From Naegleria gruberi (lineage: Eukaryota), in assembly GCA_000004985.1 (NCBI GenBank), contig GG738871.1: a DNA stretch of 64,000 nt. The stretch is one strand, 5' to 3'. The notes beneath the pieces were generated by a model. The model had not been told where the DNA came from, did not search any database, and saw only the letters and a list, made by a program, of their open reading frames with translations. Of this stretch, positions 1 through 10,715 are shown in pieces. The number at the start of each line of letters is the position of its first letter. Position 1 is the first letter of the stretch. A program made the translations under genes and the position numbers.

Positions 1-60
1 AATTTGATGGAGAATCTCTAAAGATGAACTTGGAATGATTACAATAGTAAAATCAAAAAA

Positions 61-576
61 ATGTCATCATTAAAAGAAGGACATCTTTCCAACGATTCTT
101 TACATCTCATCGTTACTAATTGTCAAGAACCAAAACATAATTCATTCAGAACTACACTACAAAAGAAAGAAGGTGATGAAGTTTTTAAATGCGAAATTGA
201 TGAAAGTACTGATCAACAAACTTACTCAGTGACTGCCCTGTTGTATTTACATAATGATGGAACATTTGATTATTCTTTGGATGGATATTCTGCTAATGAT
301 GAAATGGGTTCTACAATTACAAATTCATTCTTTGGGGTGTGGAATCTAGTGGACAATTCTCTAACTCTTACTCCCGTCTACAAACACAAATATCTGAGTG
401 AAGGTTGGGAATTGATAGACAACAAATATATTGAAATGCATACAGTGAATACCAATAATTATGATGGCAATTCTATTTTGGCATGGAATCCAAGTAACTA
501 CACAGACACTATTACCTGTTTTTTATATAAGGATAAGAAAGAAGTTGCCACTTTCAAAAAGTTCAGTCAACCATAA
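61..576 (+). CDS. hypothetical protein (171 aa), no recognisable motif
   Basis: Complete ATG..TAA ORF, long for a 30% GC background where stops are frequent; no family recognised by eye. Confidence 0.3.
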   Translation: MSSLKEGHLSNDSLHLIVTNCQEPKHNSFRTTLQKKEGDEVFKCEIDESTDQQTYSVTALLYLHNDGTFDYSLDGYSANDEMGSTITNSFFGVWNLVDNSLTLTPVYKHKYLSEGWELIDNKYIEMHTVNTNNYDGNSILAWNPSNYTDTITCFLYKDKKEVATFKKFSQP

Positions 577-621
577 CTCTCAATATCCAAGTGCCTAAAA
601 GTGGATTAACAAAACTGAAAT

Positions 622-694
622 CGCCCACCGTGGGGGTCGAACCCACGACCACAAGGTTAAGAGCCTTGCGCTCTACCGACTGAGCTAGACGGGC
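622..694 (-). tRNA. tRNA-Lys (anticodon CTT)
   Basis: Reverse complement reads GCCCGTCTAGCTCAGTCGGTAGAGCGCAAGGCTCTTAACCTTGTGGTCGTGGGTTCGACCCCCACGGTGGGCG: 7-bp acceptor stem, D-loop AGCTCAGTCGGTAGAGC, anticodon loop CTCTTAA, T-loop GGTTCGACCCC; near-identical to metazoan/fungal tRNA-Lys-CTT. Confidence 0.9.
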
Positions 695-1275
695 TACACA
701 TTACCTCAGAAAACTCTCAATAAAATTATTAAGACTTGATAATTATCAAGTAGTAAGTATTTTTCTTGTATAAAGTGAACTGAAAAACTAATTGAAATAC
801 TGTCTGAATAAAATATTGGAAACAAGAATAAAGTAGACAAATTAATCAACAACCAAAATATCCATTAATAAAACTAATTTATTGCACTTTCAAAATTGAA
901 AACAATCTCTCACTATCAGCAATCATACTGCGACAAAGATGTTCCGCGAGGAGCAACATATGGTTTGGATGGTTCGATTGCTGTGTTATGGGCCATTCCT
1001 ACCAGTTGTTCTTTTTTCGTTAATTCAATTTATTCAACTATAAGGTTTTATAATTGTTGCAAAGAACAATCACTGGCCATCAATTTTGGCAGCTTTTCTC
1101 AAATTGCAAAGAAAAGTTCATTCGCAACTACAGTAAGTTTTAAAGCAAAACAACTTAAAAAAAATTACAGTTTTCCCGCGCTTCTTATTGTGTTGCAACA
1201 GCCACTGTTTCAATTTTTTATTATTTACTTTATACATTTCATACAAATTAAATAATCGTAAAAAGTAGCAATAGA

Positions 1276-2904
1276 GTGAGAATGACTAGTATTTTGGAAG
1301 AATCAAGTAAATTGTTTAAGGAACGTAAATATGATGAATGTATTGAATTGATAAGAGATTATTATCCTTCCTTGAGCAGTCCTGAAGATTATAAGAATAC
1401 AGCCTTGTTGTACATGACCAAGGGTTTATGTTCCTTTAATAAGGTTGCAATGAATGGAGGATGTTCTTCCGATGATCATGTGGATTATTTGCTTACTTCC
1501 ATTGGCGATTTTCAACAAGTTGTGGATTACTTTGGTACTTACTGGGAAGAGTCCATGAAGGGAGAAGAATTTGAAACCTTGGTAGGAAAAACTGGTTTTA
1601 TGGACGCTTTTATATGTAAAATTAAGGCTGGATACTTGATCGGAAAGGCCTTGTTGGAAGCTTATAATTTTAATAATGAAATTGATATTGGTAAAGGGAT
1701 TCATGCCACTTCTCTCACTATTGACCATTTGAACAAGTTGAAGGAGGCTCAAGAGCACATCACCAAGGATAGAAAGGCTCCATTTGAGTTGATTGCCCAG
1801 TGTTATTTAATCAAGGGACAATGCCAAACAATCTGGGGTCTTTATCTTGAGGCTGGAGAATCTCTTAATACTTATTTAAAGATCTTGGAAGATGGAAATG
1901 ATTTGAGTGAGGAAAAGAAACAATCTGGGTTAGCAATCGGATATCATCATATGGGTAATTTGAATTATCTTACAGGAAATAATGAAATTGCCATCCAATA
2001 TTATTCCAAATCAATTGATAGATGCGAGAATTTAATGATGATTGACTTTAAACAACACCATGTTGATCATGTTATTGAATCACATTTAAAGAGAGCCAAG
2101 GTATTAGTAAGCTTTATTCTTGAACTCGCTGACCAATCAACTGTCGATGAGGAAAGAATTCATGAATGCTCTGAAATGGTTTGTGAGGATTATGAGTTTG
2201 TCATTAGAAATAGAAAGGAGAAGAACCATCTTTACAAGCTCAAATATTACAGATTCATTTTGAACATGATTGAAAAGCTTGGACACTACATATCTGAGGA
2301 AGACTTGGCACACTTTTATGAAAGAGCCTACTCTTTAATTAATGACTGCTTGGAATACTATGAGAACAATAGCAAATTATATCAAGATTTGGCCAAGTGT
2401 ACCTCCAAGATTGAAGATGAAGACAATTTGGACACAGCTCTGGAACTTTATGACACAAGTATCAAACTAATGACTCTTAATAATCGTGAACTTTCTTTAC
2501 CAATGAAAAAGTTTATTGCTCGTTCCCATTTCGAAAGGGGTGTAATTTATGTACAAAAGGAACAATTAGAAAAGGCTCTCCACGAATTTGATTTGTCGCT
2601 AAATTTCTCTCCAACCTTCCCAGATTCTCTCTATAATAGAGGTATTGTGAAAACTCATTTAGGACAATTAGAAAGTGCCAATGATGATTTTAAAAAGGCT
2701 ACCAACTTCAACCACCAGGATTTGGAAGCATACAGACAGTGGTTTCTCAATCTCAGAAAGGCAGGCAGCAAGAAGGAAGCAGAAAAGATTGCTGAGCATG
2801 TCTTTGAAAAACTTTCCAATGATGAAACACCTCTCGATTTTTACCTTGCAAAGATTGAATCTGGAGAATTAGCAATTGAGCAATCCAAGATTAGAGAATT
2901 GTAA
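1276..2904 (+). CDS. TPR-repeat protein (542 aa)
   Basis: Complete ORF; C-terminal tandem 34-aa TPR-like repeats (..FERGVIYVQKEQLEKALHEFDLSLNFSPTFPDSLYNRGIVKTHLGQLESANDDFKKA..). Confidence 0.6.
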   Translation: MRMTSILEESSKLFKERKYDECIELIRDYYPSLSSPEDYKNTALLYMTKGLCSFNKVAMNGGCSSDDHVDYLLTSIGDFQQVVDYFGTYWEESMKGEEFETLVGKTGFMDAFICKIKAGYLIGKALLEAYNFNNEIDIGKGIHATSLTIDHLNKLKEAQEHITKDRKAPFELIAQCYLIKGQCQTIWGLYLEAGESLNTYLKILEDGNDLSEEKKQSGLAIGYHHMGNLNYLTGNNEIAIQYYSKSIDRCENLMMIDFKQHHVDHVIESHLKRAKVLVSFILELADQSTVDEERIHECSEMVCEDYEFVIRNRKEKNHLYKLKYYRFILNMIEKLGHYISEEDLAHFYERAYSLINDCLEYYENNSKLYQDLAKCTSKIEDEDNLDTALELYDTSIKLMTLNNRELSLPMKKFIARSHFERGVIYVQKEQLEKALHEFDLSLNFSPTFPDSLYNRGIVKTHLGQLESANDDFKKATNFNHQDLEAYRQWFLNLRKAGSKKEAEKIAEHVFEKLSNDETPLDFYLAKIESGELAIEQSKIREL

Positions 2905-3003
2905 ATTTTAAAATAATACGATATTTCTTTTTCTCTTTAGAGAACTTTCATTGTAATATGCATATTTTTAAATCAAAAAAATAGCTCGACTTGGTTCCTG
3001 ATA

Positions 3004-4323
3004 TTGTTAACCATGAAAAATACCATTTCCATGCAGACAATTGGAGTTCAACAAACAGTTGATTATGTTGCTCCAACAAAATTTGAAACTCTCCAACTCA
3101 ACCTTCCCAACTCACATACAACAACAACAGATGTGAGGAGTATCCATTGTGGTGGTACGTTTTTTGTTGTGAGACCATGGTCATCAAATCGAAAATACTT
3201 TGCGGAGGAGCTCTATGTAAAGTTTACTACTCCATCACCTAGAGGATGCACACATTTACAATCCTTGCTAGGTTCTTCTTCATCATCTGATAGTAGTGAA
3301 AGCTCTGATACAAACCCATTTTATTTATTAGATTATCGATCTGCAATTGACAGGTTAGATTTCGTAAAATGTTATCAAATTGAGAATGTTTATTGTACAC
3401 AGGCATACATTATATTACAAATGGAGAATAATTTGCTGTTGGGATTTGGTCACGATACAGAACATGCATTTTATTGCAAGAAATTTATGGATGATGGAAT
3501 TAGAGAGATTACGTGTGGACCACTCTCTTTTCAAATTCTTGTTTGTGGAAATGATGGAATGGGTTATTATTTCAGAGTGGATGCTCCTACATTTTTAGAG
3601 GATGAAAAGTTCCATTTGGATTTCACTAAAAGAAAATATATCACGGCTGCAGTGAGTGGAAGATCAACATTTGTAGTTTATGAAAATGAGGATGGATCTC
3701 ATCACATTTTGAGTCACGGCGACGATCAATTTCGTATACAGAGTGGTCAACCTTCTGAAGATAAATTCTCTGAATTGGAAACACCATTTGATGGAAGAAG
3801 AATCCATCAAATTAAATGTGGATATTTTCACACTTGTGTTTTATTAGAAGATGGAGATGTTTACACATGTGGATACAATGCATATGGACAATGTGGAGTC
3901 CCAGGCCCAGATCAAAATTTCATCAAAGTTATCTTTCCATCCTTTCCATTACAACCAACCAATGATCATTTTCCTGCTGTTTATGAAGGTAGTTCAACAA
4001 GTAATCACAAATTCCAACCCACACGAATTATTTGCTCATCAATTGCCACCTTATTCTGCAATAAGGATGGATTTATGATTATTGGTGATCCAGTAACTGC
4101 CTTTTCTCCAAAATATCAATTCTTTCCTTCTGTTGATTGTATCTATTATGCTTTTAATCAGAAGATGAAGAGTAGCCTTTATACCCAAACTGTTGAATGT
4201 GGTGGATGGCATGTTGTAATTTACAACAAGAAGGTTGTGGAAAGTAAAAGTATGATATACTTTTATGATAATTTGAAAAAGATAATTACTGAAACAAGTT
4301 TTTCAGATATTCAAATAAAATAG
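3004..4323 (+). CDS. RCC1-repeat (regulator of chromosome condensation-like) protein
   Basis: Repeated RCC1 signatures e.g. IKCGYFHTCVLLEDGDVYTCGYNAYGQCG, ...LVCGNDGMGYYF. Confidence 0.6.
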   Translation: MLTMKNTISMQTIGVQQTVDYVAPTKFETLQLNLPNSHTTTTDVRSIHCGGTFFVVRPWSSNRKYFAEELYVKFTTPSPRGCTHLQSLLGSSSSSDSSESSDTNPFYLLDYRSAIDRLDFVKCYQIENVYCTQAYIILQMENNLLLGFGHDTEHAFYCKKFMDDGIREITCGPLSFQILVCGNDGMGYYFRVDAPTFLEDEKFHLDFTKRKYITAAVSGRSTFVVYENEDGSHHILSHGDDQFRIQSGQPSEDKFSELETPFDGRRIHQIKCGYFHTCVLLEDGDVYTCGYNAYGQCGVPGPDQNFIKVIFPSFPLQPTNDHFPAVYEGSSTSNHKFQPTRIICSSIATLFCNKDGFMIIGDPVTAFSPKYQFFPSVDCIYYAFNQKMKSSLYTQTVECGGWHVVIYNKKVVESKSMIYFYDNLKKIITETSFSDIQIK

Positions 4324-4435
4324 ACTCCTTTCATCCTTACCACTTAGTATCTTTTATTTCAAAATGTTTGAGTTAAACAAATTCTCGAACAATGAACTTG
4401 AACTTAGTAGAATTTCGAAAAGACAGTAAAAAAAA

Positions 4436-5605
4436 ATGGCATTCGAAGATTTAACCACAATCGTTTTGGATGTTGGTTCATTTCGTGTTAGAGCAGGAAT
4501 TGCAGGAGATGATGAGCCAAAAATTAATATTCCAACTCTTGCATCTCGGAATCCAAAATTTAAATCTACAAAATCTACAAATTTGGAATCCAAATTGACG
4601 AATAATGAACAAGATGATGCTGATACTTATTTGAAAAGGGAATATTTAATTGGATCGGAAATAATTGATTATGAAATAATGAATAATGATGGGAAATTAG
4701 AAATCACAAGTCCATTTGGTGATGGAAAGGAAATTAATGTTGATGTAATGGAAAGGATTTGGAGATTTACATTTGAACAATTAAAAGTTGAGCCAGAGGA
4801 GTGTCCATTAGTGATGATTGAACATGCATTGACTGAAAAGAGAGTTAGAGAGACAAAGATGCAAATCATGTTTGAGTCATTTGGGATTCCAATGTATTAT
4901 TCTGGATATGATTCAGTGATGAGTATGTATGCGAGTGGTAGAGTGACAGGAATTACAGTGAATATGGGATATGAGGAAACTCAAATTGTTCCAGTTTTTG
5001 AAGGATTTGCATTACCTCATGCAATAATGACAATGAATTTTGGAGGACGACAATTGACTGAATACTTAGCTCAAAAATTGAAATTGGATGGGCATAATTT
5101 AACTAATGATCAAGTGAGTCAATTGAAAGAGAAATTGTGTCGTGTAGCTGAGGATTATGATGAAGAATTGAGAACAATAGACAGTGCATCTTTTGAACTA
5201 CCTGATGGAAATGTTATTCAAATTAAGAATGAACGATTGACATGTCCAGAAATTTACTTTAACCCACAAATTTTTCAATCCCAAGAAATTGGTCCAATAC
5301 ACCTTCAAACCTATTCTTCAATTCAGAAGTGTGACATTGATGGAAGAAGATTTTGGTACTCGAACATTCTCCTCACAGGAGCTAGCTCATGTTTCCCTAA
5401 AATGACAGAGAGATTAACCAAGGAAATGGTCTTCTTGTCACCTTCCTCAATGAAAGTCAAGGTGATTGGTGCACCAGAGAGAAATATTCAGGCATGGTTG
5501 GGAGGCTCTATATTGGGATCCATTTCCGCCTCTCAAACGATGTTCATCACACGAGAGGAGTATGAAGAAGTTGGTCCAGTTCTTGTTCATAGGAGGTGTT
5601 TCTAA
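4436..5605 (+). CDS. actin-related protein (divergent actin fold, 389 aa)
   Basis: N-terminus LDVGSFRVRAGIAGDDEPK aligns with actin DNGSGMCKAGFAGDDAPR; C-terminus ..APERNIQAWLGGSILGSISASQTMFITREEYEEVGPVLVHRRCF-stop matches actin ..[44 protein letters not shown]-stop. Confidence 0.8.
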   Translation: MAFEDLTTIVLDVGSFRVRAGIAGDDEPKINIPTLASRNPKFKSTKSTNLESKLTNNEQDDADTYLKREYLIGSEIIDYEIMNNDGKLEITSPFGDGKEINVDVMERIWRFTFEQLKVEPEECPLVMIEHALTEKRVRETKMQIMFESFGIPMYYSGYDSVMSMYASGRVTGITVNMGYEETQIVPVFEGFALPHAIMTMNFGGRQLTEYLAQKLKLDGHNLTNDQVSQLKEKLCRVAEDYDEELRTIDSASFELPDGNVIQIKNERLTCPEIYFNPQIFQSQEIGPIHLQTYSSIQKCDIDGRRFWYSNILLTGASSCFPKMTERLTKEMVFLSPSSMKVKVIGAPERNIQAWLGGSILGSISASQTMFITREEYEEVGPVLVHRRCF

Positions 5606-6192
5606 TTGTTGGTTAATTGAATATTTTACAAGAATTGCCATATCTAATTGTTAAAACATGATGTAATTCCATTATCACATTATGGAGAAAGAGTGTATTT
5701 TACATGTAATAGTAAAAAATCAAGAGGAACCTCGATAATGATTAAACACTGGAGCTGTCCTTAATAATATTTGTTGATACAATCATATGGAAAAAATAGT
5801 GGCTTCTGCATTTCCATTATTCCTCACCATAGAGGAGTATGAGGATTTCGGGTTGCTAGCCATAAATAGTGGTTTGGATTTCCTTATTGCCCTTTACATA
5901 CCATAAATTGTCGTTTACTGATTTTTGCAACTTTGAATTCAATATTGAAACTTCCACATGACTGGTCTTCCAAATAAGTAAGCATCACCACAACAACATT
6001 AAGGATAATAAATCACAGGCCAATTAAGGAATAGTTGGTATTATTTATTGGTTCCAATAAGCGCAAGATCCACTCACAAAAAGGATTTGTGCTTATTGAT
6101 TGGTTTGTGGTAAGGAAAATTGATCGGTTGGGAGGAAAGGAGGAATTGGTCATTATCATCAGAGGATGCAATGATTAAGAGAAGGTTTCATG

Positions 6193-6540
6193 TTAAGGTT
6201 TAAAGTAACTTCTCATGGACTGGACAGAACGTGATGATGTGAGTTTCTTTCTCTTCTTTTCACCTTCGAGAGCCAAATCATCCTGTGGTAAATTATTCAC
6301 CACTCTCTGCACACAAGTCAATTGGTCAGTTAATTGTCTAGTCGATTTGTTATTCACAGTTCTTAAATTATCCATCTTATTCACTGTCATTTCATGTAAG
6401 GCAGCCTGAAATTCGAGCTTTCTCTGCGAATAACTCTTCTTAGAGATTGGGCTCAACATTGGAGCATCAACTTCGGATGCTGCTGAATCTGAAGATAATG
6501 ATGGATTCTCCATAATTTGAATTTCAACGCTATGACTCAT
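6193..6540 (-). CDS. small hypothetical protein (115 aa, Ser/Lys-rich)
   Basis: ORF only; no motif recognised; could be non-coding. Confidence 0.2.
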   Translation of the reverse strand: MSHSVEIQIMENPSLSSDSAASEVDAPMLSPISKKSYSQRKLEFQAALHEMTVNKMDNLRTVNNKSTRQLTDQLTCVQRVVNNLPQDDLALEGEKKRKKLTSSRSVQSMRSYFKP

Positions 6541-7684
6541 TGTTTTGATTTGTTTTTTTTGTGTTTTGATTTTAAAACCTCTTCAACAACAACCAATAAC
6601 TGCTATTCTTCCACAATAACCTTTGTGATTCTTTAATCGCCACATTCGTGTTGATATCAGAATTATTAAGCGTGCCTTAATATGGACCAGATGAACATGC
6701 CCAACAGCAAATCTTAGTACAGTGTATTATATTCAGCATTGTGGTGATGACTGATGAACCTGATTCAAAACATGTTCAACCGTGGAGCTAAACAGCTAAA
6801 AAGTCTTGACTACTATCCGGAGTTTTGAAAGGCCTTAGGTCAAAGAGAAATGATTGTAAAAAGAGTAGGAAATCTGAAGTATGTATACAATCAATACATG
6901 TACTCTTTTTCAATCATCAACAATCTTCATCTAAGGACTGAAACATATTTAAATACTTGCTTCATTCTTCCTCGGTACATGTACGTTCGCATACAGCATT
7001 CCGAGCACCGACTCTTTAATGCTAAAACAAGTCTATTGGCAGGTTGTTGAGCTGTGTCAAATTGAAGAAACTCAGAGATTCATGAATGCAACGTGTTACT
7101 GAAGGAGATAAAGAAATTGCATCCACACTACAATTCTACATGAACCTTCTAAAACAAGTCAGAGCACCCAATATCTTACGACAACGCTTGTTGAACAACT
7201 CACCCCTTTAGCAATGATTTTCTCCAATTTACAACTGGATAGTGTCAGCATTCATCTACAAATATTTCAAAATAGGATACAGCTGCAAGCTCAATTAGTG
7301 CAGCCACAGATTCAAGATAACAGAAAGTTGAGTTTTGTTACCAATTTGTCTCTATTGGTCGTTTTCAATATCGTTGCCATCTTTGCTGCAGTAACATAAA
7401 TTTAAATTGTTTCTATGCATTTCCAATAAGGAAAATTAGATTGGCTTCCAAATAGTCAAGTCATACCCAAGAACCTGCTTTGTATGTATCAAGGACAAAC
7501 TAGGCAAGTATCAATACCGCGTGCAGAAATTAACTGAGCGCTCAATTCGTCCAATCTAATAACCCTTTCACCACTACTTTAGAATATTCAAGAAACAAAA
7601 AAAAAAGTCAACCCCCATCAGTATTGAGAAAGGATAACAATCTCTTTCGAACCATCCCTCTTTCTTCAATCCACGATAAAAAAC

Positions 7685-9121
7685 ATGTCAACCAGTGTTA
7701 CCATAACCTCGAATCCAACAACAACATCTACAACCCAACAACCTATTCGAAAGCGTTCGACTGCTTCTCGAGATGGAAGTGGAGGTATCGAAGTGAATAC
7801 ATGTTGTGGCTCCGTCTCCATGTCCAATACCAAATGTCTGGTTGTAGTTGTTCTCCTTCTCAATATTATTGCATTCTGTGTACTGCTGGCTCTCTTAATT
7901 GATATTTATATTGGAAAAGTCAACCAAAACTTGGAATCCATCACCAAGAGAGGTGATGCTCTATTATATTCTGAAATTCTTTCTTGTAGTTCGAGGATGG
8001 CTGCTTCTTCCTCCAATGAGAATATTACCAAATTCTTCCTCGACAGATATGATGAATATCATCCAAAATATATGGCTCTGATGAATGAAATCATTAATTT
8101 GGTTCCTGCAAGTGCAGTTGGTCAAATTCAAAGTGAAACCAATGAGGCCAACAATATTACAAGGGATGAATCTGTTGTAATGGAGGAAGAGGCCATTAGT
8201 TTAGTAAAGGCAGGTGAAAAGGATGATGCATTGGAAATTTTAGATGGTTCTGAATATGCATCTGAAAAGGAGGATTATGATTCTGATTTAAAGGGATATA
8301 CAGATTATATTCGTACTGAAGAATTGAAAAAGGATGCTCAGACCAATGATAGAACATTGGCTTGTTTGATTCTCATATGTTGTTTGATGGCATTAGTTTT
8401 ACCTGTTGTGGTCATTTCACTGGTGGCCTCCTTCAGTAGAGAAAAGCAAGAACGTGCCAAATTGGAAAGAGCCAAAGCAATTGTTTTGAATGATACAATG
8501 GCAGATCCAAAACTTAAAGAGCTTTTCAAAAAGCATTGTGAGCAAGAGTTCAGTATGGAGAATTTCCTCCTCTTGGAAAGAATTGCTGAATACAAGAGTT
8601 TGTGTGAAAAGAGTTTTGACATTCAAGTATTCCTCTATGATTCTAGTTCTGATGAAGTCTCAACAAATTCTGGAAACACAACCAAGACAAGTGTTTCAAC
8701 ATCAACATCAAATTCTTATTCCAAGGATCCAAGCAAAAAGCCATCAGGCTACAATGAGAAGGATTTGGAATTGGTTGAAAAGCAAAAGAGAGATTTGGCC
8801 CAGAATGTCTTTGACCAATTCTTGAACATTAATGGTATCATGCCTGTCAATGTGAATAAGAAGATTGCTGATGATATTCTGCTTGAAATTCAAACAGCAA
8901 GCAATAGTTTCCAAAATTTAACTTCTCCAACTGATATGGAACTGGGTTCAATTGGTGCTAACACTATCCTCTTGTCAGATTCATTATTTGATGTTCTGGA
9001 GAATGAGGCTCAAATTGTAATGTTAGATACTCACACTAGGTTCAAACAATCACTTGCATTCCAAAAGAAAATGAAAATCGACAGCATTAAGCAAAAGATG
9101 AATAATAATAAGAAAAAGTAG
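7685..9121 (+). CDS. membrane-anchored RGS-domain protein
   Basis: Two hydrophobic helices (CLVVVVLLLNIIAFCVLLALLIDIYIG; LACLILICCLMALVLPVVVISLVASF); RGS signature ..LKELFKKHCEQEFSMENFLLLERIAEYKSL.. Confidence 0.6.
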   Translation: MSTSVTITSNPTTTSTTQQPIRKRSTASRDGSGGIEVNTCCGSVSMSNTKCLVVVVLLLNIIAFCVLLALLIDIYIGKVNQNLESITKRGDALLYSEILSCSSRMAASSSNENITKFFLDRYDEYHPKYMALMNEIINLVPASAVGQIQSETNEANNITRDESVVMEEEAISLVKAGEKDDALEILDGSEYASEKEDYDSDLKGYTDYIRTEELKKDAQTNDRTLACLILICCLMALVLPVVVISLVASFSREKQERAKLERAKAIVLNDTMADPKLKELFKKHCEQEFSMENFLLLERIAEYKSLCEKSFDIQVFLYDSSSDEVSTNSGNTTKTSVSTSTSNSYSKDPSKKPSGYNEKDLELVEKQKRDLAQNVFDQFLNINGIMPVNVNKKIADDILLEIQTASNSFQNLTSPTDMELGSIGANTILLSDSLFDVLENEAQIVMLDTHTRFKQSLAFQKKMKIDSIKQKMNNNKKK

Positions 9122-9226
9122 ATTTTTCCAATGATAGATATTTGGAAAGTAAATTACTGATTAGTGACAAGTAAGAATGTTAGAAAGTTATAGTGTGTTA
9201 ATAAGCTCCAATCATAATCAACAATA

Positions 9227-10567
9227 ATGGAAAGAAGAGGCAACAATAAAAAGTTGACAACCAACAACATTAAACCTTCATTCAAAAAAAACATGTCGAA
9301 GTCGCTTGTTGTTGTTGTTTCGTTCACAGCTGTTGTGTTACTCCTTGCATGCAGTGTATCTGTGATTACATGTTTGTATCCATCCCAAGTTGTTGATATC
9401 GAGAATTGGTATCTGACCCTTCCAATTGGTGATGTTAAAGACCCTACCGACATTTATCAACCAACATTAGCAACCTATTCCATTGATCCATACTTTGTTG
9501 TTGGACCAAATAATAATTCTATTCGTTTTCGTTCAGTCATTTTCAATGAAAGTGTTACAACTGTTGGTTCAAAATATCCAAGATCAGAACTTAGAGAAAT
9601 GGACCCAATCAATCCAGCCAAAGTCAAGATTTCATGGAATAACACAGTTGGTGTCCATACCATGATTATTGACCAAGCCATCACTCACTTGCCAATCACA
9701 AGAGACAGAGTCATAGCAGGTCAAATCCACGATGATAATGAATTCATCTTTACCATCACATTATCTGGCACAACTCTTTACATTAATGCTGCCAATAAGG
9801 CAACTGCTAAGGTCATTACCAAAACCTATCAATTAGGTACAATCTTTAGACTCAAAATTGAAGCACTCAATGGTACTACCAATTTCTACTATAATGACAT
9901 GTCCACTCCAATTTATACTCATCCATTGGTATTTAAGAATTCATACTTTAAGGCAGGTTGTTATGCTCAATCAAATTGTACTGTGGAAGGATCATTGTGT
10001 GGAGATTCAAATAATTATGCAGAAGTGTTGATTTACAATTTGACTACTACTCATGATTATTCATCATCACCATCGTACGTAAATAATTCATCATCCTCAT
10101 CTAATGGAACAATAATTAATAATAATAATGGAACAATTAATTCCAATTCAACCAATAATAATGGTACAATAATTAATAATAATAATGGAACCACTCCGAA
10201 TAATAACAACAATGGTACTATCAATAATAACAATGGAACAATCAATTCAAATTCTACAAATAATTCAACCAATAATAACAATGGAACAATAATTAATAAT
10301 GGTACAACTCCCGATAGTAATAACAATAGCACTAATAATAATAATGGTACAATTATTGATAATGGAGGCTCATCCAATAATAATTCAACAAATACTCCAA
10401 AGGCTTCAACTTCTAATCGGGTTGTTGTGAATATGGCTACTAGTTCTTTCATTCCTCATCATTCATTTGCTAATATTCTGCTCCGATTCATCCTAATGCC
10501 AATACTAGTTTCCTACATTGTCTATTCGCTGGCTTTCCATGATAGTAGCATCTTTCCCACCAATTAA
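9227..10567 (+). CDS. secreted/GPI-anchor-like protein with PL7 alginate-lyase-fold (Alginate_lyase2-like) domain and Asn/Thr-rich repeat tail
   Basis: N-terminal hydrophobic anchor/signal; PL7 catalytic motifs in correct order and spacing: RSELRE (R), QIHD (Q,H), YFKAGCYAQS (Y); then NNNGTIN-type repeats; hydrophobic C-terminus. Confidence 0.6.
   Translation: MERRGNNKKLTTNNIKPSFKKNMSKSLVVVVSFTAVVLLLACSVSVITCLYPSQVVDIENWYLTLPIGDVKDPTDIYQPTLATYSIDPYFVVGPNNNSIRFRSVIFNESVTTVGSKYPRSELREMDPINPAKVKISWNNTVGVHTMIIDQAITHLPITRDRVIAGQIHDDNEFIFTITLSGTTLYINAANKATAKVITKTYQLGTIFRLKIEALNGTTNFYYNDMSTPIYTHPLVFKNSYFKAGCYAQSNCTVEGSLCGDSNNYAEVLIYNLTTTHDYSSSPSYVNNSSSSSNGTIINNNNGTINSNSTNNNGTIINNNNGTTPNNNNNGTINNNNGTINSNSTNNSTNNNNGTIINNGTTPDSNNNSTNNNNGTIIDNGGSSNNNSTNTPKASTSNRVVVNMATSSFIPHHSFANILLRFILMPILVSYIVYSLAFHDSSIFPTN
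10080..10400 (+). repeat. imperfect tandem coding repeats encoding Asn-rich (S/T-N-N-N-G-T-I-N) low-complexity tract
   Basis: Visible reiteration of aataataataatggaacaat(t/a)aat... units; antisense frame gives the artefactual L-rich ORF 10057..10452. Confidence 0.7.
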
Positions 10568-10715
10568 TTAATTTAAAAATCATAATTATTTTTTAAAAAT
10601 AAAATATTAATCAAAAAAGTGTGATATTATCTTACACTCTTAAATAATATTATATTGTAATGTATTGCTCTGAGTAGTAATCAAATAGAAAGAATAGGTG
10701 CTCCGAACCAGCCGA

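Noticed and set aside
896-1255. 119-aa ORF upstream of the TPR gene
   Set aside because: Low-complexity, A/T-homopolymer-rich sequence typical of an intergenic/promoter region; no codon periodicity or motif.
1426-8626. Numerous 60-110 aa ORFs nested antisense or out of frame within larger genes (e.g. 1426..1758, 3380..3598, 4669..4869, 8338..8626)
   Set aside because: They are fully contained in longer ORFs with clear protein homology on the other frame or strand, which is the expected noise in long coding regions.
10057-10452. 131-aa Leu/Pro-rich minus-strand ORF
   Set aside because: It is the antisense reading of the Asn-rich AAT/AAC coding repeat of the PL7-like gene. Its low-complexity composition is a mirror artefact.
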